Positions 25,735 to 38,833 of a stretch of DNA of 64,000 nt are shown here, in pieces; the stretch's first letter is position 1; every line of letters begins with the position of its first letter. The notes below the pieces were generated by a model that worked only from the letters and a program-made list of their open reading frames with translations, had not been told where the DNA came from and ran no database searches. The stretch comes from Eledone cirrhosa. Its lineage: Eukaryota. The stretch covers positions 35,960,001 through 36,024,000 of the forward strand of contig OZ024741.1 in NCBI GenBank assembly GCA_964016885.1, given 5' to 3'. The translations under genes and the position numbers were made by a program.

Positions 25735-26515
25735 CATACGAGTTATCACCAAGTCACAACCAGTGACCTCAAGAGACAACAAGGTCTGCCATGTTCAAGA
25801 AAGAACATACATACACACACATGCATCTTTAGGTGTTTAGACTTGTGATGTACTTATATTGACAGAATCTTCCTTAGTATATGGGAAGTTCCCATTAGTA
25901 CTATCTTTTGTATTTCTCCTATACGCGGGTTTCCTGGGATTTGCGATAAGTAATCATTAGACCCCTTAGGTATCATTCCTAGGGCACCTACAACCACTGG
26001 TATAGTTTTAGTTCTCAATTTCCACATTTTTCCAATTTCTATCTCCAGGTCCTTAAACTTGCTCAATTTTTCAAATGTGTTTATAGATACATTCTTGTCT
26101 ATTGGAACGGACATATCAATTAGCAGGCATACCCTCTTTTTAAAGTCCTTCAGTATTATATCATGTCTATTTGCATCTATTTTTCGGTCTGTTCCACAAG
26201 ATTGAGATGTGATCTTTTTCAAGTATGGGAGGTGGTTGAGGCTCCCACCAATTCTTTTGATGGGGCAGGTCAAAATGCTTACACATTATCCAATGTATGT
26301 ATTGTGCAGCTCTGTTATGCCTGTTTAGGTATTCGGTTGGAGCTATAGGACTGCACATTGAAATTATATGATCAATGGTCTCTGGTTGTTTTTTACATAC
26401 ACGGCATAATGGGTTGCATCCATTTTTTATTATGTTGGATTGGTAATTTTTTGTTGACAGACACTGATCTTGTGCTGATATAATCATTCCTTCAGTCTCC
26501 GGTTTCAGTCCATTT
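25735..26515 (-). mobile_element. R4/Dong-type (RLE) LINE 3' fragment
   Basis: AQDQCLST, CCHC finger CRVCKKQPETIDHIISMC, RHN, RLE motif (HDIIL...CLLIDMSVP...EKLSKFKDL), PVVVGALG and ILRKIL. Confidence 0.9.
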
Positions 26516-26539
26516 ATTTTTATTATTATTATTATTATT

Positions 26540-29500
26540 GAATGCTATGGTTGACGGAGGCTCGGCTCTGTAAGGTATTGTAAATTTTGACCGCTATAAC
26601 AATTGTAAATTGTTTCAAACTTTAACCAACTTGTAGACAAAAACACCCTCCTCCTCGTGAGAGGGGTCTTTCTGCCCGTTATTTGGCCCTTCGGGGTTAA
26701 ATAACTGCTTATTGGGGCTTTGTGCCCAATATTTATTTTAAACAAAAAAACAACATGGCTACGAAAAAGAATCTTCATAGGTCACTCCCACTCATTCCGT
26801 CTTCTTCTTCCTCAATCGTCACTACAGCAGAGAGAAGATTGTCTCTCTCCCTCCCTTCTTTAAATGTGTCTCTCTCCCTCCCTTCTCTTTCGCAAGCGAC
26901 GACAGAAAAGAAAAGTCTCGTGCAAAGCGTGCAAGATTTCTCCACGACGACGACGACAACGACGAAACAGGTGTGCGGGAAATACGAAAACCCATTTCAT
27001 ACGTCTGACGTCAGGAATAATAGCAGTAGCAGCCGTAATAACAACAGCAACAGTGACCATGAAAACAACAGTAGCAGCCGCAACAGCATCAGCAGCAACA
27101 TAAACAACAACAGAATTAGCAGCAGCAACAACAACAACCACAGCAACAGCGGCGGCGGCAGTAGTCGTAGTACCTGCAGCAACAACAAAAGTAACAGCAG
27201 CTCTGACGACAACAACAACAGCAGCAAAGAAAAACCAATTTCGTTTGCAGGTATCGCAAAGAACCTGGAAACCATCCTCATAACAAATGAGGAATTAGAG
27301 GAAGCGAAGAAGATGGTGACAAAACCGGACACCGAGCAATCTGCAAGGCAGCGGAAAAAATTTTCGAAACCCAACAGCACTGTACGGCCACGTACCATAC
27401 AGTAAGTACAAAATCCCGTAGGGTTGAAAGAGCCACAGAGGCTCAAATACAAAAAGCCTTGGGGTCTGTGTGGCAGAAAAACAAATGCACGGCAATAAAT
27501 ACACACAACAAGAAACTAATGACTTACATAATTGAACACACAGACATTTCACAACACGACTACATAATACCAGCACCAATCAAAACGCCAACTAACATAA
27601 GACTGCTAAAAATAGCACAGAAACAATACACAAACATTAAAACGAAATTCCCCAACGCAGTTGGTGATTTCAGAGACCTAGGAGGGACACTCAATCGAAG
27701 AGTATATTTGGACATACTCATAGAAGAGCCGACGACCAGCCGAAGGGACGATTCAACGGTCCCTTCACCAGACGATCAAGTGAAAAGGGATGGAAAAACC
27801 ATCCCTCCTCTACGAAAAGTACGGTAAGTGGTCTTTCCAGTCTTTTCCACTCTATTTTAAACATGACCTCACTCAGAATAGGCAGCATAAATGCGCGTGG
27901 CTTGGGGTCGTCATGGAAGCAGGGTCACCTGCTCAACGACCTCAGGTCACTAAACATAGATGTAGTGGCCATCAGCGAGACCAGAATCTCCGAAGCACGG
28001 GCCTTCGCACCGATCTTCGGCGGCTACGATGTGTACGCATCTCCCAGCCCTCCTGGATCGGGGGGGAGGAGTTGCTGTGCTTTTTCGGAGAGGTTTGGAT
28101 CTCGCCATACGGGCCATCTTCCTGGACCCAGAGGGTAAGTTGGTGGTGCTGGACGTGACCAGCGGAGACGGGCAAGCTTTCAGGCTAGTGGCCGTCTATG
28201 CCCCGACAGGAGCAGGGCGGCCTGATTTCTTCCGGCGTCTGGAGACCTTTCTTGGAACGTCCCGCTCTTTAGTGTTAGTGGGCGACTGGAACGGGATCTT
28301 AGATGCACGCTGGGACTGTGTGGGATTAGCGGATAGGGGTGGAGGGTGCAAGAGCCTCACCAACCTGCTCAGGCGTTTTGAACTGTCTGACAGGTACCGA
28401 TTGGATTTCCCGAATGTGCCAATGTGGACTTGGACAAATCGCATAGGGTCATCCAGATCATATCTAGATAGAGTATTTTGTAGGGAAATAGATAGGTCTA
28501 GCATAGGCTGTCCACAATTCAAGATAGTCAGCTACACGGACCACAAATTCGTGATCTGTGTGCTTGATTTAGATAGGCTTCATAGACGAGGACCCGGCTA
28601 CTGGAAGCTAAACGCGTCCTTACCAGCGCGCAAGGCCTACAGAGACCGGATTAGCGAACTAGTTAAGCGGGCGTTGACGGGGGCCATCGTCAACAACAAG
28701 TGGTGGTTTGCTCTGAAAAGAGCGATTAGAATAGAATCCATTAGGTTTAGTAAGGCTTTAGCAATAGAGAAAAATAGAGCAGAGGGAGAACTAGTTAGAA
28801 AATTAGACGAGGGCTGAGCAAAGGCATTGCGACCGACGTGCTTGCGGCGAAATTGGCCCTTGACCAATTCTTCAATGCAAAGCACGAGGGCTGCGTTGTC
28901 AGAGCTAGGGTGCGTGCTCTCAGACACGAGGGGACGAAAGCCGTTCAATGGGCCCGAGTGGCGGAGGCGCGTCGTGGCAACAAAGCCACGATCCGGTCTT
29001 TGGTGGACCACGACGGGCGCATGCTACTCGATCCCGGGCAAATGTGTGACGCTTTTCAGTGACACTTCACTCAGCTGTTCGGGGGCAGCGGTGGGCCGGG
29101 TCGAGGGATGGACTTTAGTGTCTACCTCGACGGACTGCCGCGGTTCTCGACCACTGAGGCGGAGTGTTGCGAAAAGCCGATAACAGCCGCTGAAGTAAGG
29201 GAGGCAATGACTGGCTGCACAAGGGGTAAATCGCCTGGTTTGGATGGTCTGCCCTATGAACTTTACGTACAAATGCCAGACTTGTTCGGAGGCCTCTTGG
29301 CGGACGTCTACTGCAACTGGCAACAGAACGGGAGAATTCCCAGTTCTGTGAGCCGAGGAGCGGTGGCACTGCTGAGAAAGGATCCGAACAAGGGGGATAA
29401 CATAGATAATTTCAGGCCCATAACTCTGCTAAACACAGAGTTCAAGATTTTAGCCAAGGTGCTAGCAAAGAGGTTGGCGCTTGTCGTTGGTGGTCTGGTG

Positions 29501-31214
29501 GGAGAGGCGCAGACATGCGCCATTCCCGACAGATCCATCCACGACAACCTCCACCTCATGCGATACATCGTAGAGAGGGTAGCTAGGGAACCCGGCACGG
29601 GTGGATCCTTGATCAATTTAGATCAGTCGAAAGCTTTCGATAGAGTCGACCATCGTTACTTAGCGGCAGTCCTGAGGGCGGCTGGCTTTGGGCCCGTCTT
29701 CAGAGGCTGGATCGCTGCCATGCACAGCGACATCTGCTCTGTGGTGAGAGTGAACGGTCACCTTTCGGAACCGTTCAACATCATGCGCTCGGTCCGCCAA
29801 GGATGTCCCCTCTCGTCCCTCTTGTACGTATTGACTCTCGAGCCATTACTGCACAAACTGGAGACGTTGAGGGGCGTCCCACGCGAACTAGGATGCGGAA
29901 GAGCCGTGTCAGCATATGCAGACGATGTCACCGTAGTGGTGTCGACCGCCAAACACATCGAGGCGATCGGCACCACACTAAGAGAATACGAAGCGATGAC
30001 AGGAGCAATGATCAACCAGGAAAAGTCAGTGGGCCTGCAGCTCGGCACCTGGAGAGGCAGGTCCATGCCGTCCAACAGCGTCGTCGGACGCTGGACGGAC
30101 GGACCGGTTAAATTGCTAGGGGTCTGGTTCGGTCCGGACCTCTAGACGGACAAAAACTGGGACGAGGTGACGAGCAGGGTGGCTTCTCTCATCCAGAAAT
30201 GGACGGAGAGGAAGCTATCCCTGAAAGGTCGAGCGGAGGTGGCTAACGCGTACATCGCGTCTGTCATCTGCTACCGCCTGACCGTCGTACCTTGTCCTAA
30301 GCCTCGCCTGACTGCGCTGGAGCGTTTACTCTTTCGCTTTTTGTGGAAGGGACGCGCTCCGATGGTCAGGCGGTCCATCTGTTGTCAACACCCGCTACGT
30401 GGAGGGCTGGGCATGCCGTGGCTGAAGATGCGCAGGCACGCGCTCAGGCTACGACATCTCCACCTCTTCCTCGACGGTGATCAGGTGTGGTCGCCGTTTG
30501 CTAAACACGTATTTCCCCAGGCATGGAGGTGCCGTCAGCCGAGCATGTCCGAGATGCGCGCAGGGCGACGAAACCGTCCTGCACGCACTCGTCCAGTGTC
30601 CGAGCATTGCTGACTTGTGGGTTTATGTCGAACACCTGTTGTCGCGTGTAGGACGGATCCAGCTATCAGCTGAGTCCATCGTGAGAATTGCCCCGCCCTC
30701 TTCCTTTAGCCGGGAAGGGCAGGCAGTTTTTATCTGTCTGGTGGCCATGGCGAAAGAGATAGTATGGTGGACACGTTTGAAAGGGCTGAAGACGAGCACT
30801 TACCTCTTCGGTGATGCCCTGATTGACTTTTTCAAATTTCATTTGAAAAGGAAAATCAGAGTAGAGAGGGAAGTGCTCATTTTCTCAGCATTTTGTTGAA
30901 AGATGGGTGAGAGAAGCAAGAATGGCCCGAGTGAATGGGCCTACTCTGAGTTTATATCTGTAAATTAAAGGTGGAAAACTGGGAGAGGGCACTTGCCTTG
31001 GTGGTCAGGGTCACTGTGGCCTTTTACTGGGCTTTCTCCACAAATGTCCCTCCGAAGTCTCCCCCCTATTGGGGAATTTTTCATTGTTATTTTTTTGTTA
31101 CATCCTCTGTTTTTGTTTTTTACACGCAGAAATGCCCATTTGTACCGTACTGTATTGTCCTGCACTGTCCTTAATGTCTACTTTATGTAAACTCTTGTGG
31201 TTAATAAAGAAATC
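26540..31214 (+). mobile_element. Tx1/L1-clade LINE, copy A (both ends present; deletions and stops)
   Basis: Same 5' end (GAATGCYATGG) and 3' end (AATAAAGAAATC) as copy B. APE and RT fragments (KSPGLDGLP, NFRPITLLN, YADD). Flanked by (ATT)n. Confidence 0.95.
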
Positions 31215-31454
31215 ATTATTATTATTATTATTATTATTATTGAATGCCATGGTTGACGGAGGCTCGGCTCTGTAAGGTATAGTAATTTTTAACCGTTAAA
31301 ACAATTGTAAATTGTTTAAAACTTGAACCAAATTGTTGATAAAGACACCCTCCTCCTCGTGAGAGGGGTCTTTCTGTCCGTTATTTGGCCCTTCGGGGTT
31401 AAATAACCAGTTATTGGGGTTTTGTACCCAAAATTTCATTTTAAACAAAAAAAC

Positions 31455-33548
31455 ATGGCTACGAAAAAGAAATTTCATACGTCACTCCCACTCATTCCGT
31501 CTTCTTCTTCCTCAATCATCACTACAGCAGAGAGAAGATTGTCTCTCTCCCTCCCTTCTTTAAATGTGTCTCTCTCCCTCCCTTCTCTTTCGCAAGCGAC
31601 GAAAGAAAAGAAAAGTCTCGTGCAAAGCGTGCAAGGTTTCTCCACGACGACGACGACAGCGACGAAACAGGTGTGCGGGAAATACGAAAACCCAGTTCAT
31701 TCGTCTGACGTCAGGAATAATAGCAGTAGCAGCCGTAATAACAACAGCAACAGTGACAATGAAAACAACAGTAGCAGCCGCAACAGCACCAGCAGCATAA
31801 ACAACAACAGCATTAGCAGCAGCAACACCAACAACAACCACAGCAACAGCGGCGGAGGCAGTAGTCGTAGTACCTGCAGCAACAACAAAAGTACCAGCAG
31901 CTCTGACGACAACAACAACAGCAGAGAAAAACCAATCTCATTTGCAGGTATTGCGAAAAACTTGGAAACAATCCTCATAACAAATGAGGAATTAGAGGAA
32001 GCGAAGAAGATGGTGACAAAGAACGGACACCGAGCAATCTGCAAGGCAGCGAAAAATTTTTTCGAAACCCAAGAGCACTGTACGGTCACGTACCGTACAG
32101 TAAGTACAAAATCCCGTAGGGTGGAAAGAGCCACAGAGGCCCAAATACAAAAAGCCTTGGGGTCTGTGTGGCAGAGGAAAACGCACATCACCCGAGGCAA
32201 AAAATACGCCACCGTAGACGTACTTTTTGCCACACCCCAGGAGGCAAAGGCCCAATCAGTAGTGACCCTAAGGAGCGAGGAAATGGTGTTGGTGCCCTCC
32301 TACTGCGGGCAAAAAATTGTGAGGGTCAAACTGACCCACGTCCCCCCCGGAATGACCCCTTCTTGGCTGGCCGCGTCTGTCCTCGTCGGAATCGAGGACA
32401 AAACAACTGTACTGCAAGTACAGAAAAAAGTAAGAGAAGATTGGGTCGGCTCCTCCATTGAGATGCTAATCCAAACCAACCAGGAGTGCATCGAAGCTAT
32501 CCCGGATGTGATAGACTTCGATAACGGCACTCAACTGCCCATAAGTGTTGAGGGCAAACGCCCGAAATGCTTTCGCTGTGGATCGAAGACTCACCTCAGG
32601 GCCTTCTGCAACGAGAAGACCCTGAGAAAGGAGAAAACCCCCCTCCTTCCGAATCCGGCTCCACGGCTACCAGCAACAGGACAAGCGGCAACCAGGAACG
32701 ATAGGTCCGTGGCACCCATACCCACTCCACGGAAATCAAAGACAGCAGCAGCAGTGGAAATATTAACAACAACAACAGCAATACCAAATGCAGCTGCAAC
32801 AGAGACTCCAGTGCAAACATCACCAACAACAACAAGTGAAAGAGTGGAGCTGGTACCCCTCCCCGACCTTACAGAATCAGACATGGAGTGTGAGGTGGGA
32901 GAGGGATGGCAAAAGGTCGCAAGAAGGCACAAACGCAGAAGCAGCGCATCGTCGCCTTTGAAAAGGGAGGAAAGAAATGAGAAAAGGGTAAAGTCTACTG
33001 CAAAGAGACCCACAGCAGCAACACCACCAACACCATCACCACCCACACCAGCACCACCATCACCACCGGCGACAACCCCACCGCCAACAACACCTTCAAC
33101 ACCACCACCACAAGCACCAACATCGCAAACACAACAACAAAACACACACACCCAGCAACAACGACAAGAAAATAGCAGAACCACACCCCACCCCCAGAAA
33201 AACAAATGCACGGCAATAAACACACACAACAAGAAACTAATGACTTACATAATTGAACACACAGACATTTCACAACAGGACTACATAATACCAGCACCAA
33301 TCAAAACGCCAACTAACATAAGACTGCTAAAAATAGCACAGAAACAATACACAAACATTAAAACGAAATTCCCCAACGCAGTTGGTGATTTCAGGGACCT
33401 AGGAGGAACCATCAATCGAAGAGTATATTCAGACATTCTCTTAGAAGAGCCGACGACCAGCCGAAGGGACGATTCAACGGTCCCTTCACCAGACGATCAA
33501 GTGAAAAGGGATGTAAAAACCATCCCTCCTCTACCAAAAGTACGGTAA
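31455..33548 (+). CDS. Tx1-type ORF1 (gag-like nucleic-acid-binding protein with CCHC knuckle and low-complexity arms)
   Basis: Open frame from ATG GCT ACG at 31455. Zinc knuckle CFRCGSKTHLRAFC; S/N-rich N-terminus and P/T-rich C-terminus. Confidence 0.85.
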   Translation: MATKKKFHTSLPLIPSSSSSIITTAERRLSLSLPSLNVSLSLPSLSQATKEKKSLVQSVQGFSTTTTTATKQVCGKYENPVHSSDVRNNSSSSRNNNSNSDNENNSSSRNSTSSINNNSISSSNTNNNHSNSGGGSSRSTCSNNKSTSSSDDNNNSREKPISFAGIAKNLETILITNEELEEAKKMVTKNGHRAICKAAKNFFETQEHCTVTYRTVSTKSRRVERATEAQIQKALGSVWQRKTHITRGKKYATVDVLFATPQEAKAQSVVTLRSEEMVLVPSYCGQKIVRVKLTHVPPGMTPSWLAASVLVGIEDKTTVLQVQKKVREDWVGSSIEMLIQTNQECIEAIPDVIDFDNGTQLPISVEGKRPKCFRCGSKTHLRAFCNEKTLRKEKTPLLPNPAPRLPATGQAATRNDRSVAPIPTPRKSKTAAAVEILTTTTAIPNAAATETPVQTSPTTTSERVELVPLPDLTESDMECEVGEGWQKVARRHKRRSSASSPLKREERNEKRVKSTAKRPTAATPPTPSPPTPAPPSPPATTPPPTTPSTPPPQAPTSQTQQQNTHTQQQRQENSRTTPHPQKNKCTAINTHNKKLMTYIIEHTDISQQDYIIPAPIKTPTNIRLLKIAQKQYTNIKTKFPNAVGDFRDLGGTINRRVYSDILLEEPTTSRRDDSTVPSPDDQVKRDVKTIPPLPKVR

Positions 33549-33583
33549 GTGGTCTTTCCCATCTTTTCCACTCTATTTTAAAC

Positions 33584-36500
33584 ATGACCTCACTCAGAAT
33601 AGGCAGCATAAATGCGCGTGGCTTGGGGTCGTCATGGAAGCAGGGTCACCTGCTCAACGACCTCAGGTCACTAAACATAGATGTAGTGGCCATCAGCGAG
33701 ACCAGAATCTCCGAAGCACGGGCCTTCGCACCGATCTTCGGCGGCTACAATGTGTACGCATCTCCCAGCCGTCCTGGATCGGGTGGAGGAGTTGCTGTGC
33801 TTTTTCGGAGAGGTTTGGATCTCGCCATACGGGCCATCTTCCTGGACCCAGAGGGTAAGCTGGTGGTGCTGGACGTGACCAGCGGAGACGGGCAAGCTTT
33901 CAGGCTAGTGGCCGTCTATGCCCCGACAGGAGCAGGGCGGCCTGATTTCTTCCGGCGACTGGAGACCTTTCTTGGAACGTCCCGCTCTTTAGTGTTAGTG
34001 GGCGACTGGAACGGGATCTTAGATGCACGCTGGGACTGTGTGGGATTAGCGGATAGGGGTGGAGGGTGCAAGAGCCTCACCAACCTGCTCAGGCGTTTTG
34101 AACTGTCTGACAGGTACCGATTGGATTTCCCGAATGTGCCAATGTGGACTTGGACAAACCGCATAGGGTCATCCAGATCATATCTAGATAGAGTATTTTG
34201 TAGGGAAATAGATAGGTCTAGCATAGGCTGTCCACAATTCAAGATAGTCAGCTACACGGACCACAAATTCGTGACCTGTGTGCTTGACTTAGATAGGCTT
34301 CATAGACGAGGACCCGGCTACTGGAAGCTAAACGCGTCCTTACCAGCGCGCAAGGCCTACAGAGACCGGATTAGCGAACTAGTTAAGCGGGCGTTGACGG
34401 GGGCCATCGTCAACAACAAGTGGTGGTTTGCTCTGAAAAGAGTGATTAGAATAGAATCGATTAGGTTTAGTAAGGCTTTAGCAATAGAGAAAAATAGAGC
34501 AGAGGGAGAACTAGTTAGAAAATTAGACGAGGCGCTTAGCAAAGGCATTGCGACCGACGTGCTTGCGGCGAAATTGGCCCTTGACCAATTCTTCAATGCA
34601 AAGCACGAAGGCTGCGTTGTCAGAGCTAGGGTGCGTGCTCTCAGACACGAGGGGACGAAAGCCGTTCAATGGGCCCGAGTGGCGGAGGCGCGTCGTGGCA
34701 ACAAAGCCACGATCCGGTCTTTGGTGGACCACGACGGGCGCATGCTACTCGATCCCGGGCAAATGTGTGAAGCTTTTCAGCGACACTTCGCTCAGCTGTT
34801 CGGGGGCAGCGGGGGGCCGGGTAGAGGGATGGACTTTAGTGTCTACCTCGACGGACTGCCGCGGCTCTCGGCCACTGAGGCGAGGTGTTGCGAAAAGCCG
34901 ATAACAGCCGCTGAAGTACGGGAGGCAATGACTGGCTGCACAAGGGGTAAATCGCCTGGTTTGGATGGTCTGCCCTATGAACTTTACGTACAGATGCCAG
35001 ACTTGTTCGGAGGCCTCTTGGCGGACGTCTACTGCAACTGGCAACAGAACGGGAGAATTCCCAGTTCTGTGAGCCGAGGAGCGGTGGCACTGCTGAGAAA
35101 GGATCCGAACAAGGGGGATAACATAGACAATTTCCGGCCCATAGGGAACCTGGCACGGGTGGGTCCTTGATCAATTTAGATCAGTCGAAAGCTTTCGATA
35201 GGGTCGACCATCGTTACCTAGCGGCAGTCCTGAGGGCGGCTGGCTTTGGGCCCGTCTTCAGAGGCTGGATCGCTGCCATGCACAGCGACATCTGCTCTGT
35301 GGTGAGAGTGAACGGTCACCTGTCGGAACCGTTCAACATCATGCGCTCGGTCCGCCAAGGATGTCCCCTCTCGTCCCTCTTGTACGTATTGACTCTCGAG
35401 CCATTACTGCACAAACTGGAGACGTTGAGGGGAGTCCCGCGCGAACTAGGATGCGGAAAATCCGTGTCAGCATATGCGGACGATGTCACCGTAGTGGTGT
35501 CGAACGCCAAACACATCGAGGCGATCGGCACTACACTAAGAGAATACGAAGCGGTGACAGGAGCAATGATCAACCAGGAAAAGTCAGTGGGCCTGCAGCT
35601 CGGCACCTGGAGAGGCAGGTCCATGCCGTCCAACAGCGTCGTCGGGCGCTGGACGGACGGACCGGTTAAATTGCTAGGGGTCTGGTTCGGTCCGGACCTC
35701 CAGACGGACAAAAACTGGGACGAGGTGACGAGCAGGGTGGCTTCTCTCACCCAGAAATGGGCGGAGAGGAAGCTATCCCTGAAAGGTCGAGCGGAGGTGG
35801 CTAACGCGTACATCGCGTCTGTCATCTGCTACCGCCTAACCGTCGTACCTTGTCCTAAGCCTCGCCTGACTGCGCTGGAGCGTTTGCTCTTTCGCTTTTT
35901 GTGGAAGGGACGTGCTCCGATGGTCAGGCGGTCCATCTGTTGTCAACACCCGCTACGTGGAGGGCTGGGCATGCCGTGGCTGATGATGCGCAGGCACGCG
36001 CTCAGGCTACGACATCTCCACCTCTTCCTCGACGGTGATCAGGTGTGGTCGCCGTTTGCTAGACGCGTTTTTCCCCAGCTCGTTTCCTTGACGGAGCTGC
36101 AGTCCTGGGTCAAGCGAAGACCGAGAGGGAGCGCCTGGAGACTGGAATGTCTTCAGGCGCTCACAGCCCTCGACCAATCGGGCAATGTGATCGGTGGAAA
36201 CTCCACCTCGGCGTTCTATAGAGGATTAGTGGAGGGGAAGAGCGACGACGTACTTGGGGAAACTCTAGGCGTCGACGAAAATCAACTAGCCAATCTCTTC
36301 GGGAGAACTTTCGGGCCAGGGCCTATGGACAACTTCCAGAAATCTCTGGCCTGGCAGTGCTACCGAGGAGCCTTGCCAGTTCGGGATAAACTCTACAGGC
36401 ATGGAGGTGCCGTCAGCCGGGCATGTCCGAGATGCGCGCAGGGCGACGAAACCGTCCTGCACGCACTCGTCCAGTGTCCGAAAATTGCTGACTTGTGGGT

Positions 36501-36840
36501 TTATGTCGAACACCTGCTGTCGCGTTTAGGACGGATCCAGCTATCATCTGAGTCTATCGTGAGGATTGCCCCGCCCTCCTCCTTTAGCCGGGAAGGGCAG
36601 GCAGTTTTTATCTGTCTGGTGGCCATGGCGAAAGAGATAGTATGGTGGACACGTTTGAAAGGGCTGAAGACGAGCACTTACCTCTTCGGTGATGCTCTGA
36701 TTGACTTTTTCAAATTTCATTTGAAAAGGAAAATCAGAGTAGAGAAGGAAGTGCTCTCTTCCCAGCATTTTGTTGAAAGATGGGTGAGAGAAGCAAGAAT
36801 GGCCCGAGTGAATGGGCCGACTCTGAGTATATATCTGTAA
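33584..36840 (+). pseudogene. Tx1-type ORF2 (APE endonuclease, RT, C-terminal CCHC), frameshifted at about 35142
   Basis: ORFs 33584..35170 and 35167..36840 give SINARGL, ISET, VGDWN, YTDH, GYWKLN, LDQSKAFDRVDH, YADD and CPRC...ETVLHALVQC. Confidence 0.9.
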
Positions 36841-37088
36841 ACTAAAGGTGGAAAACTGGGAGAGGGCACTTGCCTTGGTGGTCAGGGTCATTGTGGCTTT
36901 TTACTGGGCTTTCTCCACAAATGTCCCTCCGAAGTCTGCCCCCTATTGGGGAATTTTTCATTGTTATTTTTTGTTACATCCTCTGTTTTTGTTTTTTACA
37001 CGCAGAAATGCCCATTTGTACCGTCCTGCATTGTCCTGCACTGTCCTTAATGTCTACTTTATGTAAACCCTTGTGGTTAATAAAGAAA

Positions 37089-37148
<60 letters not shown>

Positions 37149-38224
37149 GAAGGACTACTACACAGTTTCCATCTACCAATTTCCACTCACAAGGCATTGG
37201 TATACCCATGGCTATCGCCATAAAGCCAAAGTGAACCTGGAACCACATGGATGCAAAATAAACTCCTTAACCACACAGCTATGCCTGTACCTATCATCAT
37301 CATCATCATCATCATCATCATCGTTTAACATCTATCTTCCACACTAGCATGTGTTAGACGGGAATTGTCCCACTTGAGGCAGAATTGGTTGGGTGACCGT
37401 GTCTCTCTTGTATAGGACTATCTGGCAGGTTTTCTACGGCTGGATGCCCTTCCTAACACCAACCACATTTACAGTGTGGACTGAGAACGTTTTACCGTGT
37501 TACCTACACAACCACATTACAACGTGGACATTCTAAATGTTGAATACAACAATAATCCAAACATGGAAATATTTAAAAGAAATTTAAATCAATAGAAACA
37601 TTTGTTGTAGTACACCTGAACACTGTACACAATATCATTATTATTATTCACCTTTTTATTGACTAATAGAATACTTTTCTACAGATAAATGAACAATTAT
37701 GGATTTACTTAACAATAGATTTGAAACACCAATAATAAAAAGAAAAGAGCTGAAAGCATTTAATTGTAGGTTGGTTTAATGAAAACAAGTGTGAACATTA
37801 ATATCACCAGGATAAACAAAAATATCAGCTACAGAAATTTATGACAGATTGAAGAATGAAATTCGCTGAACATCTATATACTACTAAAACTCTGTGATTG
37901 TGTGCTTGTCTGTGATGTAATACAGCCAAAATGGTGCATAATGGAAAAATACTTTGACCTTGAAATGGGAATACAAGTGGAATAAAACAAGTTTCGCATA
38001 AATCGGAGCACAAGTTGCCAAGAGAAAGAGAAAGAGATAGTGATTGGGAGAGAGTAGATTGAAAGAGAGACATGGAGAGAGAGAAATAGACAGAGAAGGA
38101 AAATGGAAGAGAGAACGAGCTGGTGGTGTTGTTGAATGAAATTATGACAAGTGACTTCAAAGAATTGAATATAGCATTACTGTACCTAGCTCGATGTGTG
38201 CGTGTGTATATATATTTATTTATT

Positions 38225-38833
38225 TGTGTTGTCCTTATCCGTTATAAACTGCAGCTTTTCTTTGTGTCCAGCCCTACGTAATACTGCGTTATAATAGTTA
38301 GCATGTTCTTTAAAAATGTCTTGGTTTGAGGATAAGCGGGATATTCTAAGGGATATACTACGTGCTATGGATTTAATTATGGATCGGGGGTGGTTTGAGT
38401 TATAACTAATGAAGGCTAGATTCTCATCATTTTTGTGGAAGGGTTCTATTAATCATGTGCTTAGGTTTAGAGTTACGTCTAGAAAGTTTGCCTTTTTAGA
38501 ATTCAGTTCGTAGGTAATATCTAGGCCTAGTTTTTTGAAGAATGTTCTAATGTCTTTTCTTAATCTTTCCATGCTCTGGTTATTTAAGTTCCTAGCTATA
38601 AGGAGCGTGTAATCTCTATTAATCCCTCCTTGGAGGTTATTAAATTCTTTATGTAGGTTGTATGCTATAAATATCCCCACAACATCTGTTATTTGCGCTG
38701 AATGGTTCGATCCCATTGTGATATCAAAGCTGTTCATCCTATTTTTTCTTTCCCAGTAGCTATTTTCAAATTTTATGATAGTCCTTCTAGCTGCTAGTAT
38801 TATTTTAATTTCATCTGGGGTAAGGTCCGAATT
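38225..38833 (-). mobile_element. Penelope-like element RT fragment (inverted segment)
   Basis: SFDITMGS, GINRDY (decayed YRDD), NFLDVTLNL, then SNHPRSII...LRISRLSS. Confidence 0.85.

Larger units (their letters stand above)
31242..37090 (+). mobile_element. Tx1/L1-clade LINE, copy B (intact ORF1, ORF2 with one 163-bp deletion)
   Basis: Two-ORF structure: APE-RT-CCHC ORF2 and polyA signal, with (ATT)n on both sides. Confidence 0.95.

Noticed and set aside
27474-30520. Tx1 copy A deletions as spliced-out introns
   Set aside because: The deleted segments end in CAG but do not begin with GT/GC; microhomology explains the junctions.
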